A stretch of DNA of 64,000 nucleotides from Candidatus Binatia bacterium (GTDB lineage Bacteria > Desulfobacterota > Binatia > HRBIN30), in NCBI GenBank assembly GCA_038245295.1, contig JBBRSP010000005.1, positions 196,916 through 260,915 on the forward strand, written 5' to 3'. Positions 38,921 to 47,605 of this stretch are shown piece after piece. The notes beneath the pieces were generated by a model. That model had not been told where the DNA came from, ran no database searches, and worked only from the letters and a program-made list of their open reading frames with translations. A program made the position numbers and the translations under genes. How positions within the stretch are numbered: position 1 is the stretch's first letter; every line of letters starts with the position of its first letter.

Positions 38921-39643
38921 CTAGTCAATCCGGTTGTCGGGCCGCGCAAATAGTGTGACGGCGTACCCACCCGTCCCATCCGAAAAGCTCTCGCAGGTTA
39001 TGCTTCCATCCAGCGAACCGCAGATTCGGGCGTTCTCGATTGGCGGGGGGGCGGTCAAATTACCGTACGGACCGGAATAGGGTGCGCTTCCTGCCAGCTG
39101 GATCAATTGATCATCGATTCGCACGACGACAGAAACGGACATATGGAATCGTGACAAGGTCCGCAACGTGATACAGCCCACGCCAAATGACCCACCACAA
39201 CCGAGTCCTTCGGCCGCGGCGCCTGTGATGACCTTGCCGTCCGTCGTGCGCAGTTCCAAAGCGGCGACCGAATAAGAGAAAAGCGCGTTCGGGTCGCTTG
39301 GTGCGCCCCGAACAACAGTCAAGGTTCCGGTGACCTGCGCTACCCCTGTTGCCCCAGTCAGGGTGCTACCGTCGGTCAGTTGGTAGATCGTTGGACAATC
39401 GTACAACGCGTTGTTTACAGCGCCGATGGTATCATCGATTGCGGGCGGGTTGGCGAGGTTGGGGCAAGCTGCCATCGGCTCAGCGCCGAGGGCGATCCGG
39501 GTGATCGAAAGGATTTCGTCGACCGTCACCTTACCATCGCCATCGCAGTCGCCCACGCAACTCACTTGCGACGCGGCCCGTGCCGATGCTGGGATGAGAA
39601 TAACAACGAGGCACAAGCGATAGAAAGCTGAACTCTTCGCCAC
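38921..39643 (-). CDS. Secreted protein with N-terminal dockerin-like domain
   Basis: Signal peptide then CVGDCDGDGKVTVDEIL...IDDTIGAVNNALYDC. Confidence 0.78.
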   Translation of the reverse strand: MAKSSAFYRLCLVVILIPASARAASQVSCVGDCDGDGKVTVDEILSITRIALGAEPMAACPNLANPPAIDDTIGAVNNALYDCPTIYQLTDGSTLTGATGVAQVTGTLTVVRGAPSDPNALFSYSVAALELRTTDGKVITGAAAEGLGCGGSFGVGCITLRTLSRFHMSVSVVVRIDDQLIQLAGSAPYSGPYGNLTAPPPIENARICGSLDGSITCESFSDGTGGYAVTLFARPDNRID

Positions 39644-39730
39644 AGGTCACGCTGTCGTGCTACCCGCCCGCAGTCAACCACAATCCTCGTACCGGCCGCC
39701 GACCCGCCGCGCAAGTAATCCTTTAGCCCT

Positions 39731-41350
39731 TCACCGCAGGCCGGGCGCTTCGTGGCCGCTGGCGGCAACGTATTCGAGATACCCACCACCGTACGGAATT
39801 GGCCCGTCGGGTGTCAGCTCAAGAATGCGGTTCGACAACTGCGCCAGGAAGCGGCGATCGTGTGAGACGAAGATCATTGTCCCTTCGTAGTCGGCGAGAG
39901 CCCGCACCAGCATGTCCTTGGTCGCCATGTCGAGGTGGTTGGTCGGTTCGTCGAGCACCAGGAAGTTCGGTTGGTCGTAGAGGATTCGCGCCAGCACCAG
40001 GCGCGCCTTCTCGCCGCCCGATAGGACCCGACACGTCTTGTCGATATCGTCGCCCGAGAAGCCGAAGCAGCCGGCCAGGTTGCGCAGCGAACCGCCGTGG
40101 GCCATCGGGAAAGCCTGCTCCAACGTCTCCAACACACTCAGTTCCGGCACCAACACTTCCATCGCGTGCTGCGCAAAGTAACCGAGCTTGACGCTGGCGC
40201 CGATCGTCACCGTGCCGCTGTCAGGCTGGCTGTCGCCGGCGATGAGCTTGAGCAGCGTCGACTTGCCGACACCGTTCACACCCATCACCGCCCAGCGCTC
40301 GCCACGGCGGATCATAAGATCGAAATTGTCGTAGATGATCTTCTGGCCGTAGCGCTTGCTCATCGACTCGATCTTGACGACCGAATCACCGGAACGCGGG
40401 CACGGCGGGAATTCGAAGACCAGCGTGCTGCGACGCTTCGGCGGTTCGAGCATCTCGACCTTGTCGAGTTGCTTGATGCGCGACTGCACCTGCGCCGCCT
40501 TCGCCGCCTGCGCCTTGAAGCGTTCGATGAAACGCATCTCCTTGGCCAGCTTGGCTTGCTGACGCTGATACGCCGCCTCGGCCTGCGCCTCACCCTGGGC
40601 GCGCTGAGCTTCGTAGAAGTCGTAGTTGCCCGAGTAGGTGCTCAGATCACCGCCGTCGATCTCGACAATACGATTGACGATGCGGTTGAGGAACTCGCGA
40701 TCGTGCGAGGTCATGAGCAACGCGCCTTCGTAGGTCCTGAGAAAGTTCTCCAGCCAGATCAGCGACTCGAGATCCAGGTGGTTCGATGGTTCGTCGAGCA
40801 GCATCGCGTTGGGGCGCATGAGAAGGATGCGAGCCAAGGCGACACGCATCTTCCAGCCGCCCGATAGCTTGCCGACGTCGCCGTCCATCATCTCCTGGGA
40901 GAATCCGAGCCCGGCGAGAATCTCGCGGCTCTTGGCTTCGAGCTCGTAGCCACCGAGATCCTCGAAGCGTCCCTGTGCATGACCAAAGCGGTCGACGAGC
41001 TTCTCGATCTCATCGGCGCGCTCCGGATCGGCCATGGCGTGCTCTAGCTCGCGTAGCTCGGCGGCAACTTCGGAGACCGGGCCGGCGCCGTCCATGACTT
41101 CGGCGACCACGGGACGTCCCGTCATCTCGCCAACGTCCTGACTGAAGTATCCAATGGTAACTCCGCGATCGATCGACACCTGACCCTCGTCGGGTGTCTC
41201 CTCACGCGTGATCATGCGGAAGACGGTCGATTTGCCGGCGCCGTTGGGTCCAACCAGACCCACCTTCTCGCCACGATGGATCGCCGCCGCCGCTTCCACG
41301 AAAAGAACCTGGCGGCCATGCCGCTTGCTGATTTGATCAAGCCGAATCAT
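39731..41350 (-). CDS. ABC-F family ATP-binding protein
   Basis: Two NBDs (GPNGAGKS, GVNGVGKS; LSGG; LLDEPSNHLD, VLDEPTNHLD), no TM segments. Confidence 0.93.
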   Translation of the reverse strand: MIRLDQISKRHGRQVLFVEAAAAIHRGEKVGLVGPNGAGKSTVFRMITREETPDEGQVSIDRGVTIGYFSQDVGEMTGRPVVAEVMDGAGPVSEVAAELRELEHAMADPERADEIEKLVDRFGHAQGRFEDLGGYELEAKSREILAGLGFSQEMMDGDVGKLSGGWKMRVALARILLMRPNAMLLDEPSNHLDLESLIWLENFLRTYEGALLMTSHDREFLNRIVNRIVEIDGGDLSTYSGNYDFYEAQRAQGEAQAEAAYQRQQAKLAKEMRFIERFKAQAAKAAQVQSRIKQLDKVEMLEPPKRRSTLVFEFPPCPRSGDSVVKIESMSKRYGQKIIYDNFDLMIRRGERWAVMGVNGVGKSTLLKLIAGDSQPDSGTVTIGASVKLGYFAQHAMEVLVPELSVLETLEQAFPMAHGGSLRNLAGCFGFSGDDIDKTCRVLSGGEKARLVLARILYDQPNFLVLDEPTNHLDMATKDMLVRALADYEGTMIFVSHDRRFLAQLSNRILELTPDGPIPYGGGYLEYVAASGHEAPGLR

Positions 41351-41370
41351 AGGGAGCGGGCGTCTCTAGC

Positions 41371-43638
41371 TCACGCCGGACAGCCGCTCAACGCGTTGCT
41401 CACCGCGGCGATGATTTCGTCGATCGTGATCGTCCCGTCGCCGTTCTGGTCCCCGGCCAGACAAGGCGCCACCGACGAATTCTCGAGGTCCACCTTCACC
41501 ATCGTGATCAGCTCGTCGACAGTGACCTGCTTGTTGCCGTCACAATCACCGACACATGCCGGCGCGCTCGTCGGCGTCGGCGATGGAACAACCGTCTCGC
41601 CTGGCGACGGCGTCAAGGTCGCCGGCACCAGGGTTTCGGTGAACGACGCCGTCGGCACCGGCGTCGCCGTCTCGGTTGGTGAGTGCGACGGTGCCTCGGT
41701 TGGCACCTGAGTGTGTGTCGGCGTCGCGCTGTGAATCGGCGTTGCCGTATGCGTCGGTGTCTCGGGACTCGCAGCAGTTGCCGTCGGAACACCAGTCTCG
41801 GTAGGCGTGGCGACCTCCGTCGTCGTAGTCGTCGGCGTAGCCGTTTTCGTTGTGGTCGATGACGTTGTTGGCGTCGCGTGCGCCGCCGCCGTCTCGGTTG
41901 GTGTCAGCGTCGCCGTACGGGTTCGAGAGGCCGTTGGCGCCAGCGAGGGTGTCAATCTTGGTGTCAAGCTCGGCACAGCGCTGTGGGTTGCTGATGGTGT
42001 CGCCGTAATCGAGGCACTGCGTGTCGCCGTCGACGTTGCCGTAATCGAAGCGCTGCGCGTCGGTGAGGCGGTCGGCTTGGCGCTCGCCGACGCTGTCGCC
42101 GTCAATGCTGGCGAGGCACTGCGTGTCGAGGACGACGTCGGGGTCGATGTTGGTGTTGCCGTCGCCGTGCCGCTCGGCGACGCGCTGCGTGTCACCGTCG
42201 AACTCGCTGTCGACGACGCGGTGCGCGTCAACGACGGAGTCGCCGTCGAGCTCGGCGTCGTGGTCGACGTCAACGATGGTGTCGCAGTCGCGGTTGGCAA
42301 GGCACTGCGTGTGAAGGAGGCGCTTGGAGTTGGCGTCGACGTGCGCGTCGACGTCCGCGTCACAGTTGATGTAGGCGACGCTGTGAAGGTTCGCGACGCG
42401 GTTGGTGTTTGGGTGATGGTGGCGGTGGCGGTAATCGTCGCGGTCGCGGTGCACGGTGGCTTGGTTGGCAGTGGTGTGAGCGTCGCGCCGGGCGGCGTGA
42501 TAGCCGGTGGGTTGGCCGGTCCGATGCCGACAAACACGCCGTTGATCACACTCTGCGTCGGCGCGTCGGCGGTCACACTCACCAGGGCGGCGCCATCGGT
42601 GTTGGGCGACGGCATTTCGAGAGCGCTGCACAGAAACGGCGCGCCGCTCACCGACGCGGTTACCGTGTTGGCGCCGCTGCCGATGATGCCGCTGGCTGTA
42701 CCCGTGACCAGGGCTGTCGTCTCCACCAGACCGCGCACGGCCGGCGGATCGTCGTCGGTGCAGAACTGTTGGTCGGGTCCGAACTCCGAGCCGATGCACG
42801 AGCCGGCAACCGCCGACACCGAAGGCGAAACTAGAAGCGTCGCCGAGCCGGGGCCGGCCTGGCCGCTAAGCTCGAACGGCGGCGAGATGTTGTCCAGGCA
42901 CGGTGCATCGAGGCGCACGTCGACGCCGTCGAGAAAACCGTCGCAAGCAATGACGCCGGCACCGGCATTGTCAGGGCCGTGAACGAAAGCGCAGGGCTTG
43001 TCGGCCGCACAAGCGCCCGGGTCGAGCGTGCAGTCGATACTCGGCGTTGCCCCACCAAGCTCGAAGACACTGCCGCCGCAGGTTTTGGCCGCGACCAAGC
43101 GCGGACAGGCGCAGATCAGCGTGCCGATGGAAACCGCCGGGAACTGCTTGGCCTTGGCCACTACCGGAATGATGCCGTTGCGCTGTTTGCCGATGGCCAG
43201 GGTAAGATCGCCGGAGATCGGAAAGCCGATCTGGAAAAGTCCGTTGAGCGCAAAGCCACTCGTCCCCGGCGAAAGCGCGCCGTTGCCTTCGAGAGCTCCC
43301 GCGATCAATGGCATCGGCACCGCGGTTTCAAACGTACAGTTGGCGGCGCAGCCGCTGCCGCCGAAGGTTTGACAATGAGCGCAGCGCCCGCGAGCACAGT
43401 CGCCAGCGCCGGCGCACGCCGTGCCCGAGTGCAGGCCACCCTCGCACACACCGTCGCCCAAGCATTGCGCGTCGCCGCTGCACAGCGCGCCGGCATTGGC
43501 GCCGCCGATGCATAGACCACCGATATCGCAATCTTCACCGGCGTCGAGTTGACCGTCGCCGCAGAGAGCCATGGCCGGCAGCGGCGAAAGGAAACACAGC
43601 TCTAAGGCGGCGCAGAGGACGATACGCAACAATCTCAT
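41371..43638 (-). CDS. Secreted Cys-rich protein with long S/T/P-rich stalk and C-terminal dockerin-like domain
   Basis: Signal peptide, CGDG..GEDCD, about 300-aa T/S/A/P tract, CVGDCDGNKQVTVDELI...GDQNGDGTITIDEIIAAV. Confidence 0.82.
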   Translation of the reverse strand: MRLLRIVLCAALELCFLSPLPAMALCGDGQLDAGEDCDIGGLCIGGANAGALCSGDAQCLGDGVCEGGLHSGTACAGAGDCARGRCAHCQTFGGSGCAANCTFETAVPMPLIAGALEGNGALSPGTSGFALNGLFQIGFPISGDLTLAIGKQRNGIIPVVAKAKQFPAVSIGTLICACPRLVAAKTCGGSVFELGGATPSIDCTLDPGACAADKPCAFVHGPDNAGAGVIACDGFLDGVDVRLDAPCLDNISPPFELSGQAGPGSATLLVSPSVSAVAGSCIGSEFGPDQQFCTDDDPPAVRGLVETTALVTGTASGIIGSGANTVTASVSGAPFLCSALEMPSPNTDGAALVSVTADAPTQSVINGVFVGIGPANPPAITPPGATLTPLPTKPPCTATATITATATITQTPTASRTFTASPTSTVTRTSTRTSTPTPSASFTRSALPTATATPSLTSTTTPSSTATPSLTRTASSTASSTVTRSASPSGTATATPTSTPTSSSTRSASPALTATASASAKPTASPTRSASITATSTATRSASITATPSATHSAVPSLTPRLTPSLAPTASRTRTATLTPTETAAAHATPTTSSTTTKTATPTTTTTEVATPTETGVPTATAASPETPTHTATPIHSATPTHTQVPTEAPSHSPTETATPVPTASFTETLVPATLTPSPGETVVPSPTPTSAPACVGDCDGNKQVTVDELITMVKVDLENSSVAPCLAGDQNGDGTITIDEIIAAVSNALSGCPA

Positions 43639-44048
43639 CGGGCAAACCTTCGTGGCGGCGCTCTTACACATCCAGCAGGGTTACGAGCATGGACGCCGCC
43701 GTGTCAACATTGCGAATTTAAGGAGGAGAGACTGGGGGCACCGCCGGCTCCTGGCGGAGCCGGCGGGAGACGCACACCATTTACTTGGGGGCAAAGCAGC
43801 GTACGTCCACCACCCTTGTCGCCAATTTGAGGGATCAAGGCAACGGGGCAAATCAAATTTCGATGGCGAATTCGTATATCAGCTCAGACTACTCACCGTG
43901 CCCGAGGCGACGCCTCCAAACCCGTCGGCCTGGAACCACCTGATGCTGGAACCAGAGTCGGCCGCCCGGCCGATCTCAAGCCAAGTACTCGGTTTCATAA
44001 GTTCGGCGACGCAATTCGCGGCTGTTCAGGAGCATTGGGCTCACGTGC

Positions 44049-44125
44049 CGCAGGCTGAAGCCTGCGCCTACCAGACTGAGTACGCACCTTAAAGCGGACC
44101 GGTGGGCGCAGGCTTTAGACTGCGG
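44049..44125. repeat. GTAG-type REP doublet
   Basis: CGCAGGCTGAAGCCTGCGCCTACC and GGTGGGCGCAGGCTTTAGACTGCG. Confidence 0.78.
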
Positions 44126-44316
44126 CGGGCGGTTGCGGATACGTGACCGTACCTGCGCCGAAGAGAACCTAAGGCTGGGGCAAAGCTTAGGCTGGCTTCG
44201 GCTCAGGGTTCCGGAAGACGTTTGCTGGCGGATGCGGATGTGTTATCGGCGGCGCCGCAAGGACGCGCTACGCCTCAACGGGAGCGCGCCGGCGGTGGAC
44301 GGCACCGGATAAGAGT

Positions 44317-47190
44317 ATGACCAGCGCGATTCAATTCGGCGGATTTTTCCTCGACCTGCGCGGCGAGCAGCTCCGCTGTGGCGCGGCGAACATTGCCCTG
44401 CGTCCGAAAGCGTTTTTGGTCTTGCGGCGTCTGGTCGAAAACGCCGGCACCCTGGTGACCATCGATCAACTGCTCGATCACGCCTGGCCCGGGCTTGCGG
44501 TAACGCCGAGCACATTGACCAACGTCATCGTCGAGCTGCGCCTGGCGCTTGCGGACGATCGCGCGGCGCCGCGCTTCATCGAGACCGTGCATCGTCGTGG
44601 CTATCGGTTCATTGCCAACGTGAATGCAGACCACCAAGAGGCAGCGGCCGCGATTCACGTTGGCCGCCGTGCTGAATTGGCGGCATTGACCCGTGCCTGG
44701 CAGCAAGCGGGGCGTGGCGAGCGCCAGGTCGTGCTCATCCGCGGAGAACCGGGGATCGGCAAGACCTCACTGATCGACGCCTTCCTGGCCACGCTTGGCA
44801 CCCCGCCCGATCGCAACGCGGCGAACTTCCTGTGGGCGCGATCACATTGCATCGAGCAGGAGGCGGGGCGCGAGCCCTACATGCCGATCCTCGAGGCGCT
44901 GGAGCAGCTGTGTCGCGGCGCGCAAGGGGAGCGTTTGATCGCGTTGTTGCGGCAATACGCACCGACATGGCTGGTGCAATTTCCGTGGCTGTTGTCGGGC
45001 GAAGAGCGAGCCGCGCTGCAGAGTCGCATGCCGGGTACCGGTCCAGCCCGGATGTTGCGCGAAGGCGCGGCGCTACTCGACGCGTTGACGCAAGATACGC
45101 CGTTGCTGTTGGTGATCGAGGATTTGCATTGGGCCGATTCGGGGACGACCGATTGGCTGGCGACGATCGCCCTGCGTACCGGCCACGCGCGTCTCCTGGT
45201 GATCGGCACCTTTCGCCCGATCGATGCCGTGGTTCATTCGCACCGCATCGCGACAGTCGCTCGTCGATTGCGCCAAGAGGGGCGTTGCGTCGACCTACCG
45301 TTGGCACCGTTCAGTGCCGCCGAGGTACAAACCTACCTCGAGGAACGACTGTCAGATTCGAGCCTGCCGTTGCCGCTTGGTGCGCAGATCATTCATCACT
45401 CGGGCGGCAACCCACTCTTCGTGAGCACTCTCGTAAGCCACCTGGTCGACAAGGGTTGGCTGGTGAAACACGAGCACGGTTGGGAGATGGTTTACGACCT
45501 CGATCACCGGGCGGTCGGTCTCCCCGAAGACCTACGGGCCTTGATCGATAGTCAGCTGCGCGGCTTATCGCCCCGCTTACTCGAAATTCTCGAGGCCGGC
45601 AGCGTCGAGGGCCCGGAATTCTCGGCGGGTATCGTGGCGAGCGCGATCGCTTGCCGTGTCGAGGAGGTCGAGGAAGCGTGCCACGACGCGATCGCGCCGG
45701 GAAATCTGATTCGTGAGGCGTCGCCGCACTCGAGTCGTTACGGCTTCGTGCATGCCCTGTACGAACGCGCCGTCTACGAGCGCATCGCACCGGCGCGGCG
45801 GCGGCGTTTGCACCAACGCATCGGTGAGGCGTTGGAGCACAGCTCCGGCGCGGGAGTGCACGACATTGCCGTTCCGTTGGCCGTGCACTTCGAAGCGGCG
45901 GAGGATATCCCGCGCAGCGAACGCTACCGCACCCTTGCCGCCCGTCTCGCCGGTGAACGTTTCTCGTATCGCGATGCGGCCGGCCACCTCGAACGTGCGC
46001 TGACGTATCTCGCGCAACAGCCGGAGGGGCACGAACGCGATCGCCGCGAGGCAACGCTGCAAATTGCGCTGGCCAACTCTCGCCTTGGGTATGGTGCTGG
46101 CCCCGCTATCCTCGACGCGATGTGGGAGGGCTACGAGCGTGCGGAGCTCACCGCCCGTCGCGCCGCGGCGCACCACGAACGTTTTCGTGCCCTGATGGGG
46201 CTGGGAAGTGTGCACCGAATTCGTGGCGATGTGCAAAGCCTGCGTGCGAGCGCCGAGCAACTCGTAGAGATGACCACGAGCGTCGTCCCTGAGCTTACGG
46301 CGCAAGCATACTGGCGCCTCGGCGATGCACATTTGTCCGCCGGCCAATTCCCGCAGGCACGCGCCGCCTTGGAGCGCGCGGCGCAGGCGGATCCGTATCC
46401 GCAGATTCCGGTGCTCCATGATGTGCACTCGGCGGTCTGGAGTTTATTGGCCGCGGTACATTCGTATCTGGGGAATTTCAAAGACGCGACGACGCAGCGA
46501 GCGCGCGCTCTCGACCGCGCCGAGGCGGTGGGCCTGCCCTTTGGTCGATGCCTGACCGCGATGTTTCTGCTCGAATCCGATGTGGTGCGGTGTGATGCGA
46601 AGGCCGCCTTGACAATGGCCGAGGAGGTCGTGTTGGTCACCGAGCAGCATGCGATCGAAGGCTTCCGTCAAGCGGCGCTTCTGCACCGGGAGTGGGCGCG
46701 GTCGCGCACCGACGCCAACCTCGAACGTGCCGAGACGATGCGGGCCTACCTTGCACGCCACGGTGCCAACACCGAGGCCTGGAGTACGCCGCGCCTTTGT
46801 GCCGAGATCGCCGATGCGTACTGGCGTGCCGGCGATGCCAGTGTTGCTCTCGACCATGTGTCGCTGGGGATATCGAGCGCCGAACGCAACTTCGAGAAAC
46901 GCGATCTGGCCGATCTGTGGCGACTGCGTGGCGAGATCCGCTGGCAGCAGGGCGACACCAAAGCGGCCACGGACCACATCGATCACGCTATCAGCCTGGC
47001 GCGCGAACAAGGATGTCTGCTCTACGAGTTGCGCGCCACCATCGTTCTCTGCCGCCTGCTGGCACCCCACAAGAAGACCTCCCAGGCCCGGACTCGCTTG
47101 CGCGAGATTCATGACCGCTTCGACGCCGACGACGAGTCGTTCGATCTGCAAGAAGCCCGCGCCCTCCTCGCCCAACTCAAGCCCCGCTGA
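44317..47190 (+). CDS. Transcriptional regulator: OmpR/CadC-type wHTH, AAA (STAND) ATPase and TPR-like tail
   Basis: LRPKAF..L..LV, IETVHRRGYRF, GEPGIGKT, LVIEDLHWAD, GGNPLF, YGFVHAL, ELRAT...DLQEARALL. Confidence 0.9.
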   Translation: MTSAIQFGGFFLDLRGEQLRCGAANIALRPKAFLVLRRLVENAGTLVTIDQLLDHAWPGLAVTPSTLTNVIVELRLALADDRAAPRFIETVHRRGYRFIANVNADHQEAAAAIHVGRRAELAALTRAWQQAGRGERQVVLIRGEPGIGKTSLIDAFLATLGTPPDRNAANFLWARSHCIEQEAGREPYMPILEALEQLCRGAQGERLIALLRQYAPTWLVQFPWLLSGEERAALQSRMPGTGPARMLREGAALLDALTQDTPLLLVIEDLHWADSGTTDWLATIALRTGHARLLVIGTFRPIDAVVHSHRIATVARRLRQEGRCVDLPLAPFSAAEVQTYLEERLSDSSLPLPLGAQIIHHSGGNPLFVSTLVSHLVDKGWLVKHEHGWEMVYDLDHRAVGLPEDLRALIDSQLRGLSPRLLEILEAGSVEGPEFSAGIVASAIACRVEEVEEACHDAIAPGNLIREASPHSSRYGFVHALYERAVYERIAPARRRRLHQRIGEALEHSSGAGVHDIAVPLAVHFEAAEDIPRSERYRTLAARLAGERFSYRDAAGHLERALTYLAQQPEGHERDRREATLQIALANSRLGYGAGPAILDAMWEGYERAELTARRAAAHHERFRALMGLGSVHRIRGDVQSLRASAEQLVEMTTSVVPELTAQAYWRLGDAHLSAGQFPQARAALERAAQADPYPQIPVLHDVHSAVWSLLAAVHSYLGNFKDATTQRARALDRAEAVGLPFGRCLTAMFLLESDVVRCDAKAALTMAEEVVLVTEQHAIEGFRQAALLHREWARSRTDANLERAETMRAYLARHGANTEAWSTPRLCAEIADAYWRAGDASVALDHVSLGISSAERNFEKRDLADLWRLRGEIRWQQGDTKAATDHIDHAISLAREQGCLLYELRATIVLCRLLAPHKKTSQARTRLREIHDRFDADDESFDLQEARALLAQLKPR

Positions 47191-47344
47191 GCATCTACCC
47201 GTTTGCGGCGCCCCACCGTGCGCGCCGCGATGTGTGTAAAATGTGTGATCTCTGTGGGGACTTCGCCCGCGTCGTCGCGTTAAGTCGTGGCTTCTTCGAA
47301 CCATGAGTGAGAGAGCAAAAATATCCGATCGCGCTTCTGGGCAG

Positions 47345-47605
47345 ATGTCCGACGATCCGAGTCAGCCGCTGCTTCCACCGCAGCGCGCCTTTGTCGTGCA
47401 GTTCTCGCAAGGCACCGACCCTGTCCAAGGACATTTCACCGGGCGTGTCGAGCACGTCATCTCCGGTCATGTGGGCCGGTTCTCGAGTGCTCAGGAGTTG
47501 ATGCAAATCATCACCTTGGAGCTGACCAAGCTCCAGGCAGGTGCCGCGGAGACGCCGGGATCGCCGCGCGGGTATCAGGAAGGGGACGACCATGAAGGGG
47601 ATTAG
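47345..47605 (+). CDS. Small conserved hypothetical protein
   Basis: RAFVVQF...FTGRVEHVISG...FSSAQEL, a pattern I associate with genes downstream of wHTH-STAND regulators; start could be 47303. Confidence 0.65.
   Translation: MSDDPSQPLLPPQRAFVVQFSQGTDPVQGHFTGRVEHVISGHVGRFSSAQELMQIITLELTKLQAGAAETPGSPRGYQEGDDHEGD

Noticed and set aside
41546..42982. Long alternative-frame ORFs (Val/Gly-rich or Asp/His-rich) over the S/T/P stalk, and similar long antisense ORFs across the window
   Set aside because: Shadow frames of low-complexity or high-GC coding sequence.
43571..44092. 173-aa plus-strand ORF upstream of the STAND regulator
   Set aside because: It overlaps the start of the opposite-strand gene, runs through a REP and has no recognisable motif.
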